In this document: positions 1 through 7,567 of the stretch, one piece after another | Layout: each line of letters starts with the position of its first letter | How positions within the stretch are numbered: the stretch's first letter is position 1 | Assembly: GCA_016186915.1 (NCBI GenBank) | Contig: JACPKU010000006.1 | Location: 249,619 to 313,618 of the forward strand | Origin: Candidatus Doudnabacteria bacterium | GTDB lineage: Bacteria > Patescibacteriota > Doudnabacteria > UBA920 > O2-02-FULL-48-8 | Length of the DNA stretch: 64,000 nt | Reading direction: 5' to 3' | Translations under genes and position numbers: made by a program | The notes under the pieces: generated by a model | Told to the model about the DNA's origin: nothing | Database searches by the model: none | What the model saw: the letters and a program-made list of their open reading frames with translations, nothing else

Positions 1-28
1 CATTCATACACGACTGTATGAATGTATT
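1..28. repeat. 28-bp perfect palindrome, copy 1, abutting the alr stop codon
   Basis: Seen in the sequence. Confidence 0.9.
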
Positions 29-1202
29 ATTTAACTAATACTCTTGGCACGGTGGGATTGATACGCGTGACAATCTCATAATTAATCGTGCCGGCGATTA
101 CGGCTAATTCATCCGCGAAAATTTCTTCACGGCCTTGTTTGCCTAAAAGCACGGCTTCACTCCCCGCTTTGGCATTTTTGACCTTGGTGACATCCGCGCT
201 TAATAAATTCATATAAACGCGCCCTCGCACTTTGCATCGTTTACCGTCGATCAACACTTCTGCCAAATTGGAAAATTTTCTGTCATAGCCCTCATAATAA
301 CCTACAGGCAAGATCGCTAATTTAGTCGGTTTGGGCGCTCTATAATTCCTGCCGTAACCAACTTACGCCCCTTTGGGAATTTCTTTGACTGCTAACACTT
401 TGGCTTTCCATGTCAATGCTGGCTGCAAATTAAATCCGGGATTGGCTTTCTGAATCAAGGAATGAATCGATTTATAAGATTGCAAGCCGTAAAGACCAAT
501 GCCGATTCTTACTAAATCGAAATGACTTTCAGGCACGGACAGCGCAGACGCGGTGCAAGCAATATGCTTAACCGGAATAAAAATCAAATTTTGTTCCAAG
601 GCTTCGATAATGCTTCGGAAATGATTGAGCTGAATGACCGTAAAAGCCGGATCGTCTTCCGAAGAAGCAAAATGACTAAATATACCTTCTATTTCCAGTT
701 GTGAAAATTTGCTGACCTGCTTCACAAATCCCACGGCGTCTTTCGCGTACACGCCCAAACGGGATAATCCCGTGCCGACTTTGATATGCACTTTGGCCTT
801 TTTCTTGAGCTTGCTGGCTGTTTCTGCAATCAACTTGGCCTGTTTGAGATCATAAACCACTAAGGCAATATGGCGCTCAATCAAAGACTTAACTTGATCT
901 GCCCTGTAGTAATTTAAAACCAAGATCGGCTTCTTAATCCCAAATTGTCGCAGCGTCAACGCTTCCGTGCCATTGGCCGTGCCGAACGAATCCACGTAAT
1001 CTTCCAAAGTCGAGCTAACTGCGAACGCGCCGTGGCCATAGGCATTGCTTTTCACCACTGCCATCAAAGAAACCCGCCCACTCTTGGTGGGCGAGGCTCG
1101 TCCCAACTTCGTTGGGGCGGCAATCAACACTTTCCGTAACTGCTTCGCGTTATGAATCAGCGCTGATTTAGAAATTTCAACCCAAGAGAGCGATGCATTC
1201 AT
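27..1202 (-). pseudogene. alr: alanine racemase with one in-frame TAA (363-365); otherwise a full-length homolog
   Basis: The N-terminal ORF 363..1202 carries the PLP motif AVVKSNAYGHG. The C-terminal ORF 27..311 is in the same frame (VGYG...ILPVGYYEGYDRK...GRVYMNLLSADVT...INYEI). The frame is open between 311 and 363 except for the TAA at 363-365. Confidence 0.75.
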
Positions 1203-1263
1203 TTTTTAAAATTCCAGTTACAAGTTCGCAGTCAGCAGGAACCAATTCTTGAATATTTTTATG

Positions 1264-1608
1264 TCAATGATTCGAATGTTCAAAGTGTCGCAAGGCATCT
1301 TGTCTGTTCATCCCGTAAACAATTTTTCTGATTTTCTCCCACATCGCGGCTCCGGTACACATCATACAGGGCTCACAGGTGGAATATAGTATGCAGCCGG
1401 GTAAATGTTTGGTTCCTAAGACTTTACACGCTTCGCTGATCGCTTTAATTTCCGCATGTCTCGTGCCGTCCTGTTCTTCCTCAGTCGTGGAGTAGGCCTT
1501 GGCGACGACCTCACCATCTTTTACCACCACGGCGCCAAACTTTTTCGGTCCCTTACTTTTCTTTGCTTCCTCAATAGCCAGCTTCATGAACTCTTCATCG
1601 CGGGTCAT
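1264..1608 (-). CDS. tadA: cytidine/deoxycytidylate-type deaminase, tRNA adenosine deaminase-like
   Basis: HAE zinc motif and PCxxC motif (HAEIKAI...CEPCMMC); 114 aa. Confidence 0.6.
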   Translation of the reverse strand: MTRDEEFMKLAIEEAKKSKGPKKFGAVVVKDGEVVAKAYSTTEEEQDGTRHAEIKAISEACKVLGTKHLPGCILYSTCEPCMMCTGAAMWEKIRKIVYGMNRQDALRHFEHSNH

Positions 1609-1620
1609 ATCACTTGTCCG

Positions 1621-2928
1621 TTAAGATTTTTTAATCGTGTCAAATCCAATATATTCTTGCAACACTTTTGGCACTTTCACCGAACCGTCTTTTTGCTGGT
1701 TGTTTTCCATAATCGCCACAAGCGTTCTGGGCATTGCAATTGCGGTTGCGTCATTGGTGTGCACATACTCAGTGGTACCATCTTTTTTACGAAAACGAAT
1801 GTTTAGGCTTCGAGCCTGGTAATTCGTAACGTAATCAGCGCTGTGCGTCTCTCGATATCTTCCTTGCGATGGAATCCAGGTTTCCAAATCCATTTGTCTG
1901 GCATCAGGTTTGGCCATATCGCCCGTGCAATTCAAAACCACCTGATAAGCAAGGTCCAGGGACTGCATAATATACTCTTGAGTCGCGACTAAAAATAAAT
2001 GCTCATTCAAACCGTCCTCAGGCTTCGTAAACGACTCCATTTCAATCTTATCAAACTGATGCACCCGAATCATCCCTTTGGTGTCTTTACCGTATGATCC
2101 TGCTTCTCTGCGAAAGGCAGTGCTGATTGCCGCGTAGCGGATAGGCAAACTTTCTTCTTTCAAGGTCTCGTCCATATGCATAGGCACCAGAGTGTGTTCG
2201 GCGCTGCCGATCAAATACTTATCATCTGAATTGATATAAAACTTGTCCTCTTTGTCAGCCTCGGTCAATCGAGTGGTCCTTTTGTATACTTCTGGCTTAA
2301 TCATCACGGGCGGAAAAACAGGGATAAATGGTTTGGGGTTGACCTTCAGTTTGGCAGCACGAGCGATCTTCTCAAGCTCGGAACTGTTGGTCAAAATTTT
2401 AAAAACGTGGTGAGTTAGGGCCAGTTCAATTTGTGCCATGCCACCCTTCCAGTATCCAAACCTGGCTCCTGCTACCTTGCTGGCTCTCTCCATATCCAAA
2501 ACATTTAGGTCAGCGCCCAGCTGCAAGTGATCTTTGATCTCAAAATCAAAATTTTTGGGCTTGCCTACTTTTTTAACAACCTCATTTTCAGTTTCGTCTT
2601 TTCCCACAGGCACATCTGGAAGAGGCACATTCGGAACCTGTCGCATGGTTTCAAGCCATTGATCTTGAATCTCTTTCAATTCCAACTCAAACTTTGCTGA
2701 GCTTTCCTTTAGCTTTTTGCCCTCTTTCACGAGCTTATCGTCCTTGCCTTTTTTCAAGGTTTGGGCAATCTCGTTCCTGCGGGACCGGATAGCTTCTGTT
2801 TCAACAATCAGCTTACGCCGCTGATCGTCTAGACTGATCAGATGATCAAGATTAACATTTAATTGTTTGTCTTGAATGGCTTTTTTTACTACTTCTTGAT
2901 TGTCGCGGATGAATTTGATATCGAGCAT
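1621..2928 (-). CDS. serS: seryl-tRNA synthetase
   Basis: MLDIKFIRDN N-terminal coiled-coil arm followed by a class II aaRS core; 435 aa. Confidence 0.9.
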   Translation of the reverse strand: MLDIKFIRDNQEVVKKAIQDKQLNVNLDHLISLDDQRRKLIVETEAIRSRRNEIAQTLKKGKDDKLVKEGKKLKESSAKFELELKEIQDQWLETMRQVPNVPLPDVPVGKDETENEVVKKVGKPKNFDFEIKDHLQLGADLNVLDMERASKVAGARFGYWKGGMAQIELALTHHVFKILTNSSELEKIARAAKLKVNPKPFIPVFPPVMIKPEVYKRTTRLTEADKEDKFYINSDDKYLIGSAEHTLVPMHMDETLKEESLPIRYAAISTAFRREAGSYGKDTKGMIRVHQFDKIEMESFTKPEDGLNEHLFLVATQEYIMQSLDLAYQVVLNCTGDMAKPDARQMDLETWIPSQGRYRETHSADYVTNYQARSLNIRFRKKDGTTEYVHTNDATAIAMPRTLVAIMENNQQKDGSVKVPKVLQEYIGFDTIKKS

Positions 2929-2931
2929 AAT

Positions 2932-3528
2932 TTATTTTTTTGCTAATTCTCTTAACACGTCATGTAATTTTTCTAAGGCGTGTTTTCTGTGATCCAAAAC
3001 CCTTTCTTCTTCTTCATTAACTTCGCACCAATACTTATTATAATTCGGAAGGTATGTAACAGATCGATAAGGATAATGAGCCACGACTTTTTCGGAAGGT
3101 CTATCGGCGATTATTCCCTCAACCCCGCCTTGTGAAGTAAATATACCCAATGGAGTGGCCAGTGCAATGGTAATTGTAAATTTACAAGCCCGTCTATCAT
3201 CCGGAACGTCTTTCATTCGCTTCATGACCTCGCCAATAATTTCTTCGTCATTCATTTCATGTCCCAGCCACCGATGGCTTTTGATCCCTGGCTCACCGTT
3301 CAATGCTTCAATCTCCATACCACCGTCATCAACCAGGCTTGGGATCCCTGATTGCTTAAAATAATACTTCGCCTTGTTTACCGCTTCTTCTTCAAACGTG
3401 TCGCCTTTTTCTTCCGGTGGCTGAATATTCAGCTCTTTTGCAGAAACAACTTCCAAATCAAAATCTTTTAAAAGTTTTTGGTATGTGTTCACTTTTGCCG
3501 AATTCCCTGTGCCTATGAGAATCTTCAT
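2932..3528 (-). CDS. rdgB: non-canonical purine NTP pyrophosphatase (Ham1/RdgB family)
   Basis: MKILIGTGNSAKVNTY (ATGNxGK-type motif); 198 aa. Confidence 0.75.
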   Translation of the reverse strand: MKILIGTGNSAKVNTYQKLLKDFDLEVVSAKELNIQPPEEKGDTFEEEAVNKAKYYFKQSGIPSLVDDGGMEIEALNGEPGIKSHRWLGHEMNDEEIIGEVMKRMKDVPDDRRACKFTITIALATPLGIFTSQGGVEGIIADRPSEKVVAHYPYRSVTYLPNYNKYWCEVNEEEERVLDHRKHALEKLHDVLRELAKK

Positions 3529-4079
3529 AACCCAATTTCCTCTGCACTTTCTTTCATCGCGCCGAGCGAAATCTCGACGAGTTCAGGCAGTTCTAAATTA
3601 ATATAGTCTTTGCAAAGCAGGATAATCTCTCTTTTTACCCCGGCGGCGAAACTTTTCTGTTTGAATTTTTTGAGCACCGAATCCGCAGTTACTGATGCTA
3701 ATTTCTTATCCGGCTGTACCAGTGCTACTGCTGTGATCAGCCCTGACAACTCCTCCACACAATATAGGGTTTTTTCTAACAGCGTTTCTGGTTTAATTCC
3801 ATGATCCCAGTTGTGGACGTAAATTGCTTTAATTATTTCTGGCTTCAGATCAGTTTTTTCCAAAATCTCTTTGGTAACCTTAGTATGGTTGTTAAAATCA
3901 TCCTTGGTTTTCTCCCAATCCAAATCGTGCAATAGTCCGGCCAGTCCCCAATCATCCTTATTCCCTCCAAATTTGACGGCCAGCGCTTTCATCATGGCTT
4001 CCACCGCGATCCCGTGCCTGACGAGATTTATATTCTTTATATGTTCGTTTAAAAGATGTAAGGCTTCATTTCTGTTCAT
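3525..4079 (-). CDS. HD-domain phosphohydrolase
   Basis: H...HD motif (GLLHDLDW) and HNWDHG; 184 aa. Confidence 0.55.
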   Translation of the reverse strand: MNRNEALHLLNEHIKNINLVRHGIAVEAMMKALAVKFGGNKDDWGLAGLLHDLDWEKTKDDFNNHTKVTKEILEKTDLKPEIIKAIYVHNWDHGIKPETLLEKTLYCVEELSGLITAVALVQPDKKLASVTADSVLKKFKQKSFAAGVKREIILLCKDYINLELPELVEISLGAMKESAEEIGL

Positions 4080-4146
4080 ATACTGTTCCTTTTGCTCCCA
4101 ATGGTCCCGTCTAAAAGCGGGAAATCGACCGAAAAAAGTATCCGAG

Positions 4147-5604
4147 CTACCCCTCTTTCATTGGCGGGAAAATTACAGTCTCGCGCATTGCCTTGTTCAT
4201 GAGCACCGCAAACAGCCGCTCGCTTACCCCGAATCCCACAGCTGGTGGCATGCCATATTCCAACGCCTCGACATAATCCTCATCCATCATTTGCGCTTCC
4301 TTGTCTCCTGCTTCGCGCAGTTTCATCTGCTGCTCAAACCTGGCTTTTTGATCCAGAGGATCGTTCAATTCGGAAAATCCATTGCCCAACTCAGTGCCTG
4401 CTGCCAGAGGTTGAAAACGCAAAACTTTGTTTGAACTCTTAGGGTCGCGTTTAGCCAAAGGCGTGGTTTCAATCGGGTGTCCGACTAAGAAACAAGGCTG
4501 AATCAATTTCGGCCGCACAACTTTTTTATAAATCGCATCAATCAACTTGCCCTTGCCAAGTTTGTCAATACCGCCGATTCCTAACTCTCTTGCCTTTTTA
4601 CGAAGATCACCTTCGTCATTTTTATCTAAATCTAAACCAGTATATTTCTTAAATACTGTAAAGTATTGAAGTTTTTGCCACTTGCCGCCCCAATTAATTT
4701 TCTGCCCTTCGTATTCGGTTTCCATACTACCAATCACAGCCATCACCACTTTTTTAAATAATTTCTCCACCAACTTCATGCCATCCTGATAATCAGCGTA
4801 AGCCCAGTAAAATTCCATGTCATCATATTCTTGCAAGTGTTCGCGATCAATACCTTCGTTGCGAAACAGCCTGCCGACTTCAAAAACTTTTTCGAAACCG
4901 CCAACCAGCAATCTTTTAAGCGGCAATTCCAAAGAAATGCGCAAATAAAAATCGCGATCCAATTTATTGTGATGCGTAACAAACGGCTCCGCGTCCGCGC
5001 CTCCAGGGATGTTTTCCAAAACAGGCGTCCAGACTTCCAAGAAGCCTTGCTTGATCATGAAATTTCGGATGGTTTGCCAAAACACGGCCTTCTTTCGAAA
5101 CAACTCTTTCGTTTCCGGATTAACTAATAAATCTAAATATCGTTTGCGCAGCCTGGTTTCCACATCCTTCAAGCCAAAAAAATCCGAAGGGATGGGACGG
5201 ATAGATTTAGTGAGTAGTTTGTAGTTTGTAGTGAGTAGAGACTTTTCTCCGGAATTGGACAAACCAAGCGTACCAGTTGCCTCCAAAAAATCACCGATAT
5301 CCAACAACGACAAATTTTTATACTGGTCCGCACCCAAACCGTCTTCCTTTAAAATCAACTGGATAGCCCCGCTTTCGTCTTCCAAATTTATGAAAGCCAA
5401 CTTGCCATGTTCGCGCAGCGCCCGAATGCGCCCGACTAATGTCACGTGATCCGTGTTACGTGATCCGTGATCAAAAAGTTCTAAGGCTTGTGCAATGGCG
5501 TGCGTTCGTTCAGTCTTAACCGGATAAGGATCAACCCCTTGTTTTTTTAGTTGTCCTAATTTTTGTATCCGAACTTTCCTAAGTTCTTCTATTTTTTCTG
5601 ACAT
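4147..5604 (-). CDS. lysS: lysyl-tRNA synthetase (class II)
   Basis: N-terminal OB-fold anticodon-binding domain plus class II catalytic core; 485 aa. Confidence 0.9.
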   Translation of the reverse strand: MSEKIEELRKVRIQKLGQLKKQGVDPYPVKTERTHAIAQALELFDHGSRNTDHVTLVGRIRALREHGKLAFINLEDESGAIQLILKEDGLGADQYKNLSLLDIGDFLEATGTLGLSNSGEKSLLTTNYKLLTKSIRPIPSDFFGLKDVETRLRKRYLDLLVNPETKELFRKKAVFWQTIRNFMIKQGFLEVWTPVLENIPGGADAEPFVTHHNKLDRDFYLRISLELPLKRLLVGGFEKVFEVGRLFRNEGIDREHLQEYDDMEFYWAYADYQDGMKLVEKLFKKVVMAVIGSMETEYEGQKINWGGKWQKLQYFTVFKKYTGLDLDKNDEGDLRKKARELGIGGIDKLGKGKLIDAIYKKVVRPKLIQPCFLVGHPIETTPLAKRDPKSSNKVLRFQPLAAGTELGNGFSELNDPLDQKARFEQQMKLREAGDKEAQMMDEDYVEALEYGMPPAVGFGVSERLFAVLMNKAMRETVIFPPMKEG

Positions 5605-5741
5605 AATTCCTGATGCATATTACTTGGCTTTAATTATACCATAAATCTTCAGTATCACCAAAAAAACGAGATAATATTAATATAAAAGATAATAATATGT
5701 GGCGCTATTGATGTTGATGTTAGTTGATGTTATTTTAGAAT

Positions 5742-5768
5742 ACAATTATCCCGATCGGGATTTTTATA
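5742..5768. repeat. 27-bp direct repeat DR-A1 (ACAATTATCCCGATCGGGATTTTTATA) with 14-bp perfect palindrome core ATCCCGATCGGGAT
   Basis: Identical copy at 6357-6383; lies 6 nt downstream of the stop of gene 5775..6353. Confidence 0.9.
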
Positions 5769-5774
5769 ATCGGA

Positions 5775-6353
5775 CTAAACCTTTCTGAGGTTAAATTTTT
5801 CTAATAAATCCTTTTGAATATCAATGTTTTCAGCTATAATCATTCTGACAAATGATCTGACTTCATAAATCTCCTTTAAGAAATCGAGCTCGTCTTCGCA
5901 GGGATAAGGGTACACCCAAACACTCTTTTGAATGGAGGTGAATCCAAGTTCTTTCAGCTTACCTCTAAAAAATTTTCTTGCTGCGCTAAATTTCTCTGGA
6001 ACGTCAAAAATAACCACCCTCCACTTACCATCCCATCGCCTTGGCTTACTTATCACCATTTCATCTAAATTATAACTTAAAAGTCTTTGATGACCATTTT
6101 TTGTTACCTCAACTATTGTTTTTCCCGCATGATTGGACACAGAGATCAGATTCTGCTTTTCAAGATTTCGGAAAGATTGTTCAATTTGCCGGCGATTATA
6201 TTTCTTGAGTCTCTGAAATTCAAATTTACCTAAGCCAAGTTCTTCTGAAAAAATCATTACGCCTAAGGGGCCAGCAACCGGAATAGCTAACATCCCGGCC
6301 GTTGCCACTATTTTTAATATCGTCTTGGCGATTTCTGACCTTTTGGCCTTCAT
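5775..6353 (-). CDS. protein with hydrophobic N-terminus, winged-helix-like middle and Cas2/VapD-like C-terminal domain (paralog A)
   Basis: N-terminal hydrophobic helix ILKIVATAGMLAIPVAGPLGVMIF. C-terminal KWRVVIFDVPEK...GKLKELGFTSIQKSVWVYPY fits the Cas2 beta1-Asp pattern and the R..L...G..vQ.SVF pattern. About 45% identical to ORF 13662..14228. Confidence 0.55.
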   Translation of the reverse strand: MKAKRSEIAKTILKIVATAGMLAIPVAGPLGVMIFSEELGLGKFEFQRLKKYNRRQIEQSFRNLEKQNLISVSNHAGKTIVEVTKNGHQRLLSYNLDEMVISKPRRWDGKWRVVIFDVPEKFSAARKFFRGKLKELGFTSIQKSVWVYPYPCEDELDFLKEIYEVRSFVRMIIAENIDIQKDLLEKFNLRKV

Positions 6354-6356
6354 ATT

Positions 6357-6383
6357 ACAATTATCCCGATCGGGATTTTTATA
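6357..6383. repeat. 27-bp direct repeat DR-A2, identical to DR-A1
   Basis: Lies 3 nt upstream of the ATG of gene 5775..6353. On the minus strand it reads TATAAAAATCCCGATCGGGATAATTGT aat ATG. Confidence 0.9.
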
Positions 6384-6389
6384 TTATAG

Positions 6390-6416
6390 ATCGCTGTACA
6401 AGCGATCTATAAATCT
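6390..6416. terminator. 11-bp-stem hairpin TATAGATCGCT-GTACA-AGCGATCTATA downstream of greA
   Basis: Perfect stem seen in the sequence. It sits between the greA stop and DR-A2, and T/A runs flank it. Confidence 0.4.
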
Positions 6417-6436
6417 ATAATTTTTTTAAATTCTTT

Positions 6437-6898
6437 TCACTCTATCGACACCACTTCATATTCGGTTTCGCCCATGGGGGTTTTCACGCTGACCTTGCTG
6501 CCATTTTTCGCGCCCAACAAAGATTTGCCAACCAGAGATTCGTTGGAGATGCGCCCCGCCGCGGGATTGGCTTCGTTCGATCCAACGATTGTATATTTTA
6601 CTTTTGTACCGTTGGTCTGTAATACCACCGTACAACCGATGGTGACTTCTTCACGGTTCTTATCGTGAGTAATCAGTTCTGCGTTTTTTATCATTTCCTC
6701 CAGCTCCTTGATTCTGCCCTCGATAAATGACTGCTCTTCCTTCGCCTGCGCGTAGTCCGCATTCTCGGATAAATCTCCATGCGAAACAGCTTCCTGAATT
6801 CTCTCAATCACTTCTTTGCGCCGTTCATCTTTAAGGATGCGCAACTCATCCTTTAATTTTTTTAGCCCGTCTTCGGTTAACAATACTTTTTTTTGCAT
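6437..6898 (-). CDS. greA: transcription elongation factor GreA
   Basis: Coiled-coil N-terminus plus FKBP-like C-terminus; 153 aa. Confidence 0.9.
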   Translation of the reverse strand: MQKKVLLTEDGLKKLKDELRILKDERRKEVIERIQEAVSHGDLSENADYAQAKEEQSFIEGRIKELEEMIKNAELITHDKNREEVTIGCTVVLQTNGTKVKYTIVGSNEANPAAGRISNESLVGKSLLGAKNGSKVSVKTPMGETEYEVVSIE

Positions 6899-6954
6899 AA
6901 ATATAAACCTTTTTAAAAACCCCTGATCAACGTGGGATTTTTAATGTGCAGCAA

Positions 6955-6982
6955 TATTATGTTAATTCTACTTTTTTGTCAA
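6955..6982 (-). promoter_or_regulatory. sigma70-like promoter for greA (TTGACA-N16-TAATAT on the minus strand)
   Basis: The -35 is the reverse complement of tgtcaa at 6977-6982 and the -10 is the reverse complement of atatta at 6955-6960, about 55 nt upstream of the greA ATG. Confidence 0.5.
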
Positions 6983-7126
6983 CCAGGTAGTGAAAATTTG
7001 ATTGGGATAGAAAATCTACACTGACAGCTGAATATAAACCTGGCTGATGATAAAGATTTGATTAGTTGCCTTAAGCTTTAAGTTGTCCCCACTTTGCGGG
7101 ACAACTATCAAATTTCTACTACTTGG
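6983..7126. repeat. mini-element bounded by 18-bp inverted repeats (CCAGGTAGTGAAAATTTG ... CAAATTTCTACTACTTGG), copy 1
   Basis: Same arms bound 23084-23187. Shared internal CTGACAGC motif. Internal hairpin TTGTCCC...GGGACAA. Confidence 0.7.
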
Positions 7127-7514
7127 TCAAGCTCTTCTTTTTCTTATTCTGCAAAAAAGCTTTAATTTCAGCTAAATCTTTTTTAATCTCCACGATTTGG
7201 TGTTCTGCTTTCAAGTCTGTTTCATAATCCAGTTCGGCCCGCAATCGGTCTTTCTTCTCCATTCTGTTCTGACTCATTAAAATTATTGGGGCTTGAACGG
7301 CCGCGGCAACGGAAAGAAATAAGTTGAGCAAGATAAAAGGGTAGGGGTCCCACTTTAGCTCGATAGCAGCCACATTTAGAGCTATCCAAATCAGCATAAA
7401 AAAACCTAACAGCAAAATAAAACGCCAGCTCCCCACAAAAACAGAAAGCGCGTCAGCGGATTTTTCTGCCAAGGACATTTTTTCTTTGTGAAGCTGATTT
7501 AAATTTTTAACCAT
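7119..7514 (-). CDS. membrane protein, DUF1003-like
   Basis: Two TM helices flanked by charged helices; 131 aa. Confidence 0.45.
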   Translation of the reverse strand: MVKNLNQLHKEKMSLAEKSADALSVFVGSWRFILLLGFFMLIWIALNVAAIELKWDPYPFILLNLFLSVAAAVQAPIILMSQNRMEKKDRLRAELDYETDLKAEHQIVEIKKDLAEIKAFLQNKKKKSLTK

Positions 7515-7567
7515 ATTTTATGCTATTAGCTTATACTCGAAAAAATATTAAGTCAAACCTTTGCCTG

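Noticed and set aside
363-365. Stop-codon reassignment (as in some CPR lineages) as an explanation for the in-frame stop in alr.
   Set aside because: The codon is TAA, not TGA, and dozens of genes in the window terminate normally at TAA, TAG or TGA with well-placed ends. Standard code 11 fits.
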